Assembly: GCA_039621445.1 (NCBI GenBank)
Contig: CP154954.1
Location: 17,266,589-17,330,588, forward strand
Source of the DNA: Euglena gracilis
Lineage: Eukaryota
Length of the DNA stretch: 64,000 nucleotides
Reading direction: 5' to 3'
Made by a program: the position numbers and the translations under genes. Under the pieces are notes generated by a model that saw only the letters and a program-made list of their open reading frames with translations, searched no databases and was not told the origin of the DNA. Below are positions 13,096 to 31,333 of the stretch, piece by piece. The first letter of the stretch is position 1, and each line of letters starts with the position of its first letter.

Positions 13096-13641
13096 GTACA
13101 TTTTTACATTTTAATTTCACCTCGCATACACGTATTCCTTTAGCAGAGGCGGCTGCCCACGGACATTCCCAGTTCTACCCGAACCTTATTGACGCCGAAG
13201 AAAGAAGAGCCACGGGTTGTGGAACTGTTGGACAGTTCGGATGACGAGGTTTTGCAGATTCACCAGCTTGAAAATTCATTTTCCACTCACTCGAGGTCAT
13301 TGTGGACGGCGGTGTTGCACCACCTGTCCCACTTCCTAAAGAGGATCCCCTGCCGGCTAAGCATCTCCAATGCTCCAGCGGTGAAGCCAGAGGAGGTAAA
13401 AATCCCGTTTGACGGCAGTTTTACACTACTGTCTTCAGGAGCCGGCTGACCAGAGGCTGACAATCGACGACCTGTCGCATTACAGGCAACAATTAGCTAA
13501 AAATAAATTCGAATATAACGCCTTCGCGTTCTCTGAGCAGGGTCGTTTATAATTTGTCTCAATTTTCCCCCACCCCGCACCTCCCTGTTAAAATAAACTG
13601 TCCCTGTTTTCGCCCTTCCAACGCCGCAGTGCCAAACGGTA

Positions 13642-14578
13642 GACTGGGGGGGGGGGGGTAGTGGGTAGTCGGCCGACTAGTCGGCCGACCAATTGGGTAG
13701 TCGACTACCCACTCTAATGTACTAACGGGTCAAAACCGCCGACTTTTAAGCCCCCCCCTGGGAAATTTTTTTGTCCAAATCACCTCAACACCAGTCAAAA
13801 CCCACCCAAATGGCTCCAGAACCCCCCAATCGGGGGTGAATATGCAAAAAAATTGGGGGAAAATATCCATTTTGGGCCACTTTTGACAAAAGTACACCTC
13901 TCCCCATTTTCAATATAAGTCAAAATTTGCACAAAAAAAGGTCTTATCAAGCCAAGTCTATTGCCAACATAGAAGGGATTTTGTTATTTGAGGGGGGGGT
14001 GCGGGGGGGGGGGCGGAGCCCCCCCGCCTATGCCAAAGTGAGCCACAAAAACGACTTAGCCCCCGAGTATGTTGCCAACACAGAAGGGATTTTGTTATTT
14101 GAGGCTCGGATTGGGGTGGAGGGGGGAGTTTTCTGCCTCTCGTGATACAGAATGCTTGCATTCCTGAAGGATTTTCATGTAATCCCTGTTTCATCAGTGG
14201 TTTTTTACCCCTCCGGACCCCCATCAAGGACCCACCGACCCCCCACTGACCAAAGATTTCCATCTGGGGGTGTTTATTTAGGCGTAAGACACCTATTTGG
14301 ACCCATCCGGACCATTTCCGGGTGATTTGGGCCCGCCACAGACCATTTTTATGACCGCCGACTAGCCACCGACTAGTTTGCATTGGATTTTGTTCATGGG
14401 GGGGGCTTAAAAGTCGGCGGTTTTGACCCGTTAGTACATTAGAGTGGGTAGTCGGCCGACTAGTTGGCCGACTACGCACTACCCCCCCCCCCATGTCTCG
14501 CCGACCAGCTACCGACTAGGCCTAGTCGGCGGACCAATTGGGAGTCGGCCGACTACCCACTACCCCCCCCCCCCAGTC
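13642..14578. mobile_element. MITE with long TIRs and AGTCGGCCGACT palindromes, TA target duplication
   Basis: TA|gactg(G)n tagtgggtagtcggccgact ... agtcggccgactacccacta(C)n agtc|TA. The arm 13700-13757 is also inverted at ~14400-14455. Confidence 0.85.
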
Positions 14579-14919
14579 TACCGCCTTGCGCCCAACGCCG
14601 CCAACTGCGGCGTTGCCCGTCGACTTGTCCAACGCTCCGAACCCCTTCCGCCCCCAGCCGGGATTTTTGGGCTTCGGCGCTTCGGCGCCAAAAGAAATGG
14701 CCACTTCAAGGGGGGTAAACCAAAGTTGCCAAAAATTATCCACACCGAGGGGGGACACTTTGAGGGGGGGGGTGAGGGTGCCCACAACGTTGCACATAGC
14801 CGGAGAGAGATATGCTCGCGATCGTCGGATGAGACAAGAACAGAGTCGAAATTCGTGGTCATTTCTGGCACTGCTTTATTTGAGAAACACATTGAACAAT
14901 ACAATAAATATTCTTTTTC

Positions 14920-15165
14920 TTCTGGCCAGTTTTGGGCCAAAGGTGCTGGCCAGTTTTGGGCCAGATGTGATGGACACTTTTGCAAATGGAGAATGCCACG
15001 GGGGTTGGCCAGCTCTGGGCCACAGGTGGTGGTCAATTTTGTGCCACCTGTGGTGGCCATTTTGGGCCAGAGATGGTGGCCACTTTTGCACCACAGGTGG
15101 TGGCCACTTTTGGGCTAGAGACGGTGGCCAGTTTGGGGCCAGAGATGGTGGCAAGTTTTTGGGCA
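14920..15165. repeat. Degenerate minisatellite (ggtggccagttttgggccagaga-like unit)
   Basis: About 8 imperfect tandem units are visible. Confidence 0.7.
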
Positions 15166-16809
15166 TAGAAAGGGAGGGCAACCATTTAGGGACAGTGTAG
15201 TTTCTATCGAGTCAGCAGACGCTTGCTTGCTTGTTGCCATCGACTGAGAAACGCGGGGTCCATGAATGACGGGGCAGCATTAATGAATGCTCTACTGGTC
15301 TCCCCGTAACATTTTGGACAAAACCGATGTAAATAATTCCCTGGGTTTCTGACTGACAAGGATAAATGTCTGTTTTTTACGATTGAGAAATGTCCTCCTT
15401 TTTGACGACTGGAATGTTGTAATGCGTAATTATACTGTCGGTAATAAACACAGAATGCAAAATACCATTACTCCCCCTTTAACGACCCCCCCCCCTAAAT
15501 GACCCTCCGGGGTGGGGGCCCAGACAATGGAAATTTTTTCAAGAAAAAAGTCTTCAAAAACCACCGATCTTTTTGAAATTTTTAGAAAAGGGAGTTTTCC
15601 TTCTGGTAGAAATGGTGCCAGAGAAAGGCATGAAGCAAGCAAGCAATTTGGAACAACAGCCGCCTGGCCGAGGGATTCCGACTCCACCTACCAAATCGTC
15701 ATCGAGGGCCAGCCAGTCTGGTTCACGCGTCACTGCCTGGAAGTGGTCGGAGATGGCAACGTTCAGGACACTGCTGCCAACAGCGTGGACCAAAACTGTT
15801 GCTGTTTTTTTGCTGCTCAATGCAAAGTGCCCTGTCGCTGGGGGTGGGGACAGCTGCACCATCACAGGCTGCCGAGTACGAATGCGGAAAGCGGAAGAGA
15901 TTCGAGAAGCCCTGCACATAAGTGCCTTCATCAAATCACCAGTATCCCTCATAAAAGAATACGCGAACTCCCAGAAGACCACTTTGACCTTTTTTTGAAA
16001 ATGTTTGAGTGCCTTTTTTTGCTTAAAATTTTTTATTCCTCACCCTGGGCTAAAGCACCATTTTTCTGTGAAAAGTTGAATCTTCCCATCCAGGCTCATG
16101 CTTAGTCGGGTGCCTGGGACCCAGAAAAATTTCATTGAAAATGGCTTTTTCCGGGCCGCTGGCGCCAGGGTTGGAGGGGGGTACCTGCCATGGGCAGGCC
16201 CGACCCCCCCCAGGGGCGGGTTGGATCAGGTGCTCTGGGGTGCCTGCCCCTAGCACCCACCTACCCCGTGGGGCCCTGGACCCCTACCCCCCTCCCCCGG
16301 GGTATACCTGCTAGGGGCAGGCACCCTATAGCACCCACCGTCGGTAAGCACAAGCACGTTCCCATCATCAAATTCTCCCAAAATAATATTATTTCATCAT
16401 TTTTCCGTCGGTTTTTTCCCATCTTTTTTGTTTCCTGCCATTTTTGTATGGATTGTATGCACGTTTCACCTTCGAACTCTCTTAAACTGAAAATTCAAAA
16501 CCCCCTGTGGAAGCAACTCGCTACAGGTGTAGAGAACGTATACCACAAAAAAATCAAAAAAGTATTGTTGAGATTTGCGAAGTAGCCCGTCGTTTTCATT
16601 TTGTTCATTACGTTTCCAATTTATTCCCGGACTGTGATAATAACTGGGCTCTGCTCTCTGCTGATTAATCTTTCAGGATTTGAGCAAGTGAATATACGCT
16701 CCCAACCATAGAGTCATTTGACACCTGTGAGACCCCAACCCCGGTGGGTATTCGAGAGTGAGTTGGAGTTGAGTGGGTTGGAGCTGCGGTACCCCCTCCT
16801 TGAACACGG

Positions 16810-16977
16810 ATGCGCGTATGGCAGAGCCCGCCGTGGAGGCGGCCGCGCTCGCCGCGCTCGCCACGGGAGGGCACCGTGCAGCGCTACACCGCCGCGGAGG
16901 AGAAGTACCTGGTGGACTTCGGCGGCGCAAACTCGCACTGGGTGCCGCGCTCCGCTTTCAACGTGGCCCTCGAGTGA
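16810..16977 (+). CDS. Short GC-rich ORF or exon with a Tudor/chromo-barrel-like pattern
   Basis: MRVWQSPPWRRPRSPRSPREGTVQRYTAAEEKYLVDFGGANSHWVPRSAFNVALE* (55 aa, below the ORF-track cutoff). G-T-V...K-Y-L-V-x-F...W-V pattern and high GC3. Confidence 0.35.
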   Translation: MRVWQSPPWRRPRSPRSPREGTVQRYTAAEEKYLVDFGGANSHWVPRSAFNVALE

Positions 16978-18299
16978 GGTGGCATTGAGCACACAACCTG
17001 GGCTTTTTTTGGATTCCCAAGGTCGCGCATTTATGATAATTTTTTTGTTTCATGCAATTTTACATCAATTTGAGACTGAGACGTCCTCGAAGGTGCAGCG
17101 CCATGGATAGGCAGTTGTCCCCCCCCTGTGCTGCCCTGTGCTGCTTGTCACTTGGCAACTTCCTGGGGGCAGGGCTGCGCGGGAATACAAAACCTGATGG
17201 GTGGGGGGTGTCGACCCCCCACCAGGCGTTTCAGTACAGCCTCCTTCCTGGGGGAGATTTGTTACGTTTGTGACTGTACGGACCCCTCCTATTCGAGGGG
17301 AGATTCTGAACGGGCTAACTTTTGGACATATATGCACACAAGTCTTGAAGATGCCAAAGAGGTTTTTCAATGCATCGGCTGTCTTCACCTGGAATTGTCC
17401 ATTTGCTGTCTTGCTGTGTATCAGGGTCCCCATGTAATCCTTGCTTGGCCACTTTGTGGTGTTCGCAATATTTTTTTTGGCGAACCGGCAGGGCGATCCA
17501 GAATGGACGGGATTTTTTTCCCCTTCCGTCAAGGAACATCCCTTGCCTTAGGAACGACCATTGGCTGTGGTCGATCTGGTCGCAAATAAAAGTTGAAAAA
17601 CACAAAAAAAATTTGCCGTTTTGGCCGGATGGGCGATGGGTAAGGATGGCAACATGACGACAACTCACTTTTTCCCTGAAAAGTCGGCCCATTTTCGCCA
17701 AAAACATTGACATTTATTTGTAGTTTTTCCTGTGAGCTTTTTTATATATATTGAATGTGCTGAAATGGGAATTTTTTGTTTTGCCAAAGAACCGCCCTGC
17801 CCCCAGGGGGGATGGGCAGGGTTCGACATGAGGAGGCTGTGGCAGTGGGTGTCCCCTCACCCCCCCCCTTGATCATGTGGGCGGGTTGCCGAGTCCCCCC
17901 AAGGTTTTTGCTCATTCACAATTACATCTTTTTTTTCACCTTTTGCTTGAAAAGTGCCTGAAACACCTTTACTTTGGGTGGTGAGAATTTCCTGCTTGCC
18001 TGGGGATGTCCCCACTCCTCCACTTTGGGGGTGGGACTCAGAAAGACCTGTGAATTCCTATTGAGTATTTTTTTGTTGCCGCTTCAATGCCGATGGTGGC
18101 AAGTACACTCGTTGGCACGTTGGCAACCAGGGGGTTGTATGCCATCCTCTTTTTAAATTCTCTGTGATGCAACCTTCGTTCAACATGTGGTCTGCCTGAA
18201 AATACCAATTCCGTGATCCGATTCCATTAGATTCCTCCCTCACCCCCGCTTTTGACAAAAAAAAGATGATCGTTGAACCACACTCCTGCCAGCAGCCGT

Positions 18300-22570
<4,271 letters not shown>

Positions 22571-24070
22571 AGGGGTGTGGTGTGTGGAGCACAGAACCCT
22601 GCGTGAGGGGAACGAGATAAATGGGAGGGCTGCCCTGTGTTTCTGTGACAACACACTGGCCCTGGCCCAGCCCACCAATGCAGCAACGATGGCACCCACT
22701 CGGTGTAAAAGAAGCTTGCTCCCTTTGAGGGTGGTGGGGTAACAGCCTTATTTTGGTCAGTTGTGTGCCCGAGATCTGAATAATAGCTCGGCACTCTCTG
22801 AAACGGGCATCCATCACCATTGAACAAAAGTAGGAGTAGGAACTTGAAACAGAACAGAAAATGAGACAGAATGTGTTGCTATGAATAAGACGAATTCAAA
22901 TTGGTAAAAATCAGGGCAAGGATTTCTGCTGGTACCAAAAGAGCATCCGCTTTTACATCTCTAACAATCTGGACAAAATAATGAGAGCCAAAAATGTAAA
23001 CATCCTGAACATCCTCATTTTGAAGTAATTTGTTTTTTACCCGTATTATCATTTTTGGGGGCTGCAACGAAAAAACAAAAAAAAAGGTCACCAAAGACCA
23101 TCCTGACCATTTTTTTTTGAAAAATTTGAATTTTTCTCTTGCCGAAATGCTCATTACAAATGCTAAATTACCATAATTTCCCCCAAAAAATTTTCATGAT
23201 TTTTCCCCGTATTTGTCGTATCCAGCAATTTTTGTTGTCCAGAATTATCCACAAAAAAAGGCAATACAAAATTGCCAGGATTGAAGGGTGGCCGTGGAGC
23301 CAACCATAGGGGGGCCAAGGTTGCAGTGAAAACTTGCAGAATTTTACAGAAATTTGTGAACATCTTTTTCGAAAAGGTGGGAGCTCGGAGTCAACCTCAC
23401 TTAATTACCGTTTTTTTGGCTGATTTAAGCAATTTTTGGATGAATTGTCAGCATTGTTTGGCCTTTTTGGTAAATTTGGCCAATTTAGTTTTCATTTTTT
23501 TTTTTTTGTTTTCTATTTTGGCCATTTTTTGGCATTATGGAAAAACTTTGGTATCTTATTAACTTTTTGTCTTGTCCTTGTAGTTCTCCGTGGTGTATTC
23601 CTTTGACAATCGCTCTGTGCCTCCTCGGTTTTTGATTTCACAACCAGGCTCCTTTTTACCAACCCCAGGGGGAGGGGGCTGCTTGTGCTATCTCCCTGGT
23701 GCCTGCCGACCAAGCAGGTTTTTGAAATTACCATTTTGATTGGTTTGATTTGGTGTTTGTCATTTTGTGCCTTTTGGTTTTGTGTTTGATTTCAACCAGG
23801 CTCCTTTTTTACACCCAGGGAAGATGCTTGCTTGCCTGCCGGGGTTTCCTGAAAATTACTTTTTTTTTTTCCGGGCCCCCCAGCGCAAACACACCCCACA
23901 AAACCACCCCAAAAACCCTGCCACCGGGGGTACGAAACGGGCTTGCCCACAGCACCCCTGCTTGGAGGTAAACCCCCTGGCTGGATCGCCCCAGGCGGGG
24001 GGGGTGATCTTAAGAAAATCCTAGAAAGGAGAGTACAAAAAGGTCACTTGGCTGAGAAAGGGAATATATG

Positions 24071-24113
<43 letters not shown>

Positions 24114-24153
24114 TGTGCGCGCGCGCACGCATGGACACACACACACACACACA

Positions 24154-24191
<38 letters not shown>

Positions 24192-27100
24192 TCCGCGTGT
24201 TGATGACTTTGGCCTTGGCATTTGATTTGATAATTTTCTTCTTTTAAAATACATGGCCACCATCAACACACAGAATTGTGAAAAGAAAAGGCAATAATGC
24301 CAACATTTCGTCGAAACATCCATCAAAAGCACATGTCAGAAGAGTACGCCGGGCAGCATTGCTGGTTATACCCTCTGAATGGACTGAACGAAACAGGATT
24401 GCGCCAGAAAGGGGACGGAACGGGCAGAAGGGGCGAAACAAACTTGGAAATTACTCTGATAAAATTCACAGACCAGACAGAAAATCTCCAAAAATACACA
24501 GGAAACAATTACATGGAAAAAATTTGGTGCCTGGGAGTAGTCGACCCCCCCCAGAGATTTAAATGAATGAATTTTTTTTTAGAGTGAAAATGACTTCTCG
24601 GGGGTCTTTCAAAGAAGCCTAACAGCGTATCTCCTCGCCTCACGTTCTTTAGCTCAGGTTGAGCGCACGCTGCAAAGAGCGAAACACGAACAAATGGCGA
24701 ACATAATGCCGGCCAATAATTACGCAAGCCTCCGAACGAGAATTTACCTCTTGGCCCATAATTTGTCAAAAATAACCTTAGCAGAGGATTCTGTATCACC
24801 ACGGTCAATCTTTGATCAAATCAAAAAATATTTCACTAATTTGCCCCCCCAAAAGCCCACAAAAAAATAAAAATAACCCCACCACTAATTATTGTTTGAA
24901 CGTCCGAAGTTGGAAACCAGACCCTTTTTTTGAGTCCAAATAATCAACCACGCAGGACCTGGGGACCTGCGGGGTTAATGATTTGGACTCAAAAAAAATC
25001 CTAAACAGGGCCTTCACGGGATCCACCGGGTCGGTTGATTAACAACGGACACCATTTCTTGTATATTCACGGCTGTGATTTCATCAACCTCCATCATTTT
25101 CCAAAATATCGAGTCACTCTTCTGCCTTTTGTTTTGTACTTACCTCATTGTCACTTCACCTCACGCGGGTGTGGCAGGGGCAGGACTGTACGGGAAGTCC
25201 TGGTGGAGGGGGGTTGACCCCCCACCCGAGACGTGGGCGGGGTGGGTTGACCCCCCCACCCGCCATGGTGCCCAGTCAAAAAAAAATTCCTTCGGCACCG
25301 AAAGATTAAATTCATCCTGAAAATTGCCGCCCCTTGAATACAGGAAAGCCTGGTGGGTGGTGGGCGGTGGGGGGGGGGGGTCGGACCACCGTCCCCCCCA
25401 CCAGGATCAGGGTGGGGGGGGGTGGACCCTCCCGCACACACTTCACTCATGGCGGTGGCATCAACAACCCCCCCCCAACGCCATGTGCGAACGCTTGGTG
25501 GGGGGTTCGACCCCGCATGGCAGGATGGCAAAGATAAACGCCCTTGGCGCAGAAGGCACCGACATTTTGACCAAAAAAACTGGCACTCTGAAATGCAGGA
25601 AGGGGTGGGTGGGTGGAAGGTCGCACTCCCCTGAAGAACCAGATGGTGGGGGAATAGAATTTCCAGAATTCTTGTTCAGCCTGAATTCCCAACAAGGGAT
25701 AATTGTCACCTGGAAGGTCAGACATTCAGGGACCCCGACAACGTTCTTTGTCACAAATTTGCCAGCACCGGAGATCCTGACAGTTTCCTTTTAATAATGG
25801 AAATAACCCAGGGTGGGTAGCCCAAGCCGGTCCTCAAGGCCTTTTGGAAGGGGGGGCAGGTAACCCCCCCCCCAAAACTCCAGGGGGCCTTATTTGGGGG
25901 GTCTGACTTTTGGATTGTTGCTACACGCCCCAATTGGAGAAAGCGGATCAGGGGGATCCAAACCATACCATTGCTTTGCGACCCCCCTGGGGGGGAGGGG
26001 TGGTCGCTTTCCACTCTGAAAAAACCAACCAGTCACTTTCCCCCCCCAAAAAAAAACCAGTCAGCCACTTTACCCCCCCCCCCCGGGAGGGATTGAATGT
26101 GCCTGTTTTGGTAAGCCATCGTGGTGAAGCAATGAGATTGGAGGTATGTTCTCATGTGTGGTCTCGCCCAGTTTGAAAAAAAGAGGCATAATTACATCAG
26201 AAAAATGGTCAGAAGAATCAGATTCGGACGATTTGGCACTGTCCAATGACGATGAAACCCTCTTATCATCTGACACACGAATTTCCAGCACCTTTCGGCG
26301 ACGCACAAAATTCCGAAAAATTTCCGGCGCCTGTGCCAGGCCAGCCACTTTTTTTTTTCATTTCCGGGCTTACCCCACCCCTGGGGGGGGTCTTGGCCAG
26401 AAAACCAGTAAGTCACTCTGAAAAAACCAGTCAGTCAACCCCCGGGGGTGGGGTGACACAGGTGTTAAACAATGGCATGATCCAAACCCACGGAATATGC
26501 CAAAGAAGTCACCTTGCAGACGATAGAGCAAGTTTTCGACAATAAAGCCAAAGACCGACTTTTCTGACACAAGTTTGCATTGTCTAGCACCTTGAAAATG
26601 TGTCAAAGAGCAAATATGCCACAGCAAAGTCCTTCAATTTTGTCACAAAGATTCAGGCAGCAAACAAATCAGGGAAAGACAACAATTGCGCGAAAAAAAA
26701 AAGTTTCTACAAAATTGAAATGCTGGCAAGCAGGCTTCAGGAGGTTCAGAAGGCTAACATTAATCTGAGGGGTGTGCTTTGAAAGTGGTGCGGGCTTGAA
26801 AAGCTAATATACTGCCAAAAGCAATCGAACATGGGGGATGGGTGTTTTGAGGGTTTTGAAGCCAGCTCATCGTCCAACAAACCACCTGTGGTGCCAGCGG
26901 CTATCTTTGACAGCTACGTGGTAAAAAAAAAACAGAAGTCCATCACACAATCATTCACTTGATCCTGCAGTGTTCCCAGGGCGACGGGGGCAACAGACTT
27001 AGACGGCCGGGAATGCACTTTTCTTGTGTAGTCACAAAAATATGACAGTTTTAGTGAAAATGCGCATCCGCGCATTTTGGACGCGGAATGCGCAGGTGCG

Positions 27101-28105
27101 CATTCCGGCCCTGTCGCGTGCGCTCTGAAAACACTATCCAAATCGCGTAATGGGAAGGCTCTAATATTTTGACGCGTTTTGAATGTTTGCTTCTTTCTGC
27201 ACAGTGTGCTTTGTATCACATTTCGACTGCAAAGAAGATTGTGAGGTGACTGCCCCTGACGTCAGCTACACTCCCACACCCCGCCGAGGCAGCAGTATTG
27301 CGGGATTGTCAAGATCCGAATTGGGGTGGTCTGGACGGAAAGGGGTGGTGGTGAGTGGGGTCGGGACCACCATGCAGGGGTGGGTCACATGTTTCCTATT
27401 GGAAGGTTCTAATTGGACCGGTGAGTGAGAGAGCGGGAGGGGATGCGACCTGGGTGGGTGGGTGGTTGTTTCACCGTGTAGTATACGAGGGGTCTGAATG
27501 TGCAGATGCGCATTCAGACCAATGAGTTGAAGAATGCGCTCCTGCGCATTCAGACTGTCCAGATGACTTCACTTTCCCCCCCCCCCTGCTTTCTGGGCTG
27601 ATACACGGGTACCGGTGTGTCAGTAAGCGTGGTGGTGGTTGCTCCCTTCTGAGACGTGAAGGACTGGTTTCCAGTCAGCCTTGTGATTTGTCGGTCCAGT
27701 GTTGGTACGGGGTGTGTCACACGCTTACCTGGCGATTGTGTTCCTTTGGTCCTTTGCAGTTGAGTGTGGTTTTGAACTGTGAGTCAGTCACTCCCCGCAG
27801 CCCGATGAACGGAGCGAGCACGCACGATTCTGATCCACTGTTGTCACACCGTCAACACCTGGCTTGACGTGTACTGATTGACTGTTAACGTTGTTTTCAG
27901 CTGGACGTCACACCCACAGACAGGCTGCGGTTATCAGAACACAAGCGAGACGACCCCAGACCGGCTACCAGTTCGTTACACAATGTACGACAGAATGCGC
28001 ATGTGCGCATTCTGTCGTACATTGTGTATTCTGTACCTTTTTCAGTTATATGTTACCACCAGACTGAACGATGAATGCGCACATGCGCATTGTTGAGACG
28101 TTTTT

Positions 28106-31100
28106 GTGGTAGTGCATTTCGATCGGTTTGTACCTCGTTTTACGAATGTTTGTTTGTCCTCTGACTGCTGTCTCGGCGGTTCCCGTCACTCGGCAGTCCC
28201 TACACCCCACCTCAGCATCCCCATGCCCCGACAACCCCAGTCCCTGTACCGTGCCCGGCACACGCACACCCCCGCCGTCCTCGCCTGTGCCACGGCGGGC
28301 AAGATCATCGGGCGGCTGGTGCGCGACACCTTCGTTGCCACGTACGCCGACTTCGTCACGGCCGTGGTGGACCCGCCCCACCCCCTGTACGAGTTGGTGG
28401 TCCTGGTGGCCCACACCCGGGTCCCGTTCCGCCGCTCCCCGGACAGCGACCACCTCCTGGCGGAGCTGACACGCCGCCCCCGCCGCCAGCGCACGGAGAT
28501 GCTGCTGCGGGACGCCTGGGCCTCGTACCGGGCCCACCGCCAGCACGCCTGCCCCCGCGCCCCACAGCCCCGCCTCGCCGCCGAAGACGTCCCCCTGCCC
28601 GCCACCCGCGCCCTGGGCCGCTTCCTCCGCCCCAGCGGGGTCCACCCCACCGCCCTGCTGCACTCCGCCGCCGACCGCGCCCGGCTGGCCCTGGCGCGGC
28701 AGGCCGAGCTGTGGCACGACCTGGCCGGGAACCCCGCGGTGCTGTGGTTCGACAACTACTACAAACGGCGGTACCGCAACACGCCGCCGCGCCAGATGGA
28801 TGCCCACCTGAACGTGGTGGTGGTGGCGGTGCTGCCGCTGGTGGACCCCGTGCCCCCGTTCCCCGGCTACTACTCCCTGGAGCAGCTGTGGCAGCGGCAC
28901 CTGCTGGTTGGTACCGAGCTGGCGGAGCACGGCGGCGGACGACTGCGGGAGCGCATCCGGGCGGTGGCCGACTGGGACCTGCCGGCGACGGACTTCCGCG
29001 TTCCCCTGGACGTGAGCCGGCCCCGGGTGGAGGCCCTGCCGTGGCGTCCGTTCCTCATGGGCGACCACGCCGTGTCGGCCCAGGTCGGCCTGCTGGAGGT
29101 GCTGCGCTACCTGCGGGGCTCGGTCGCCGACCACCTCGCCACCCGGTGCCGGTCCTCGTGGACGAGAACATCTGGTACCGGGTGGCGAAGCTGCTGTACG
29201 GCAGGGAGCTGCAGCGGTGGGACGTGTCGGCCGCCCTGACCCCCCTCCCCATGCTGTACGCGGTGTGGCACCCCTACAAACAGGTGGTGCACACCGTGTA
29301 CCGGCGGTTTTTGCCCCTTTTCCTCTACGTGCAGAGCGGCACCCTGGCCCGCAGCGGTACGGGCAGCTTCCACCGGCCCAACCTGCAGACCCTGGAGCGG
29401 TGGCTGGGGGCCCTCCTGCTGGTGCCGCGGGCCACCCGATTGCGCATCTGCGCATTCCGGGACCGTCTGGGGCGTCGTGACCGTGGTGGAACGCGAGGCG
29501 GCGCAGCGGGCCACCACCGTGGCGGAGCGACAGGCCCAGCTGGAGGCGGCCGAGGCCCACGTTCGGCAGCAGGGGTGCGGGGTGTGTGCCGATCAGGCCC
29601 TGGCGGGAGGAGCGTGCGATCGAGGCGGAGGAGGCGGAGGAGGCACAGCGGGCCGAGTCTGCACTGCGGGATGCCCAGCAGGTCGTGCGGATCCTGCGGG
29701 CGGACAGCACCATCCTGGCGGCGCTGGCGGATCTCCTGGGGGAGTGGGCTCCGGCATGTCTGGTCCTGGGGGAGATGGTGCGCACCTGCCACTGGGAGTC
29801 GGAAAGTGGGCCCTGCGGCGTGAGGGGCACCCAGTGAGCCTGCCTGAGCCCCCCCTGCCCCCAGGCCGGCCCGCACGGGGTGCAGCCCGCCGTGCAGTGG
29901 CACCCCGCGCTGTGAGCGTGCGGCGGAGGGGGCCCGGCTGAGGACGCGGAGCGCCGGTGGGGGCGCGCGGCCCCCCCCTTCCCCCGGGACGGGGGTGCGG
30001 AGGCAGCGTTGCCGTGGCGGACATGTGGTGCGGAATGCCGTGGGCCCCGCCCCTCCCTGCGGCGCCTCCCCGGCTGCCCCCGCCGGAGCAACGACCCACC
30101 TCCACCGGCGCCGGAGCGCCCCCCGCCAGCGACGTGCCCACCCCCGTGCAGGACGCCGCTGCGGGCCGGTCCGCGGCCCGCCCGAGGACCCGAGGGAGCT
30201 GGAGGCTGGGCCCTGCGCCGCGGGAGGTCCCAGGCGGGGAGAAGGCGACCGGGCGAGGGCGCGGCGGTGCCGGCCGCCCCGCCCGGTGCCTGTTGTGCGC
30301 GGCGGGGCATATGGGCGGATCTGGAGGCGACCGTGCGCAGTGCGCACTGTGGATGCGCGTGCGCACATGCGCAATCAGCGCTGTTTGCGCACATGCGTTC
30401 AGTGATTTACCAGATGTTGAATTGTGTTGGTTTTGACGTGCATGGCGTGCTGGGGGGGGGAGATGGTGCGCACTGCCACTGGGAGCTGCGACAGTCCGGC
30501 ACCGGCGGACACGCCCTCGAGGCACGCCAGTTTGGCCCTGCTGCTGCGTCTGGAGGCCCCCGGTGAGCGCCGCACGGAGTACATCCGGACCGTGGGGGTG
30601 GCCATGCTGTGCTGGACGCCGTGGCACGCCGCCCTGCCCGCGGCCTGCTTCAGCGAGGAGCTGTGCGAGGCGGCGCTGTCCCGGCTGGGGCGGGCGAAGG
30701 AGAGGCAGCCGGAGGCGGTGAGCACGGATCAGGTGGGGGACCGGTACGTGCTGCTGGAGACGGGTCGGTCAGGGTGCTGCGGGGTGGCAACGTGGGGCAG
30801 CGGTGGGTGGACACGGTGCGCGGACACGTGGAGGCCCTTCTGGAACGGTGTGCGGTGCGGAGCAGCGACTGCCCGTGGTGCCCGGACAGATGGTGGCGGT
30901 TGAGTCCGTGTCCGACGTGGTCCGCTACGTGGCCCGGCTGACGGAGCGGGAGTACTCCGTGGGTGAGCCCTGGCCCGCGGACTGGAGCCACCCCGCCAGC
31001 CTGCTGTCCGTGGACCTCACCCCGGAGGACGCGACGGCCACGATGCGGTACGCGTTGCTCGCCCTGGTCGGGGACGACCTGCCCAACGAGGACGTGCAAC

Positions 31101-31333
31101 GGGAGCTGGATGGCCTGTGCGCCCGTCGGAGCGAGGAGGAGGTCGTCCAGTATCTCCGGGCGTGGGACGGTGTGGCCGGGCGCGTCCGACCGGAGGCAAA
31201 GCCCAAGGCCCAGCCACAGGGCAAGCCGAAGGCGAAGCCCCAGCCAGTCGCCACCGTCCCGGTGCAACCAGCTGTTGCGAACTGGCGGGTCATATGGAGG
31301 AATTGTCTGTCAATCATCATGAGTGCGAAATAA
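28106..31333 (+). pseudogene. Frameshifted putative DDE-type transposase (Academ/DUF6589-like motif order) with a degenerate C-terminal zinc knuckle
   Basis: Stitched across frames: VLWFDNYYK...LNVVVVAV, PVLVDENIWYR, LYAVWHPYKQ, a helical insert, YIRT...CFSEELCEAALSRL, then a C...C-x3-GH remnant near 31265-31305. Strong GC3 bias; it is the first gene inside the left TIR. Frameshifts near 29140, 29470, 29580, 30530 and 30790. Confidence 0.6.

Noticed and set aside
28046-30394. 782-aa minus-strand ORF and other long overlapping ORFs at 28-39 kb
   Set aside because: These are shadows of GC-rich plus-strand coding DNA, with low-complexity Arg/Gly/Pro composition and no motifs.
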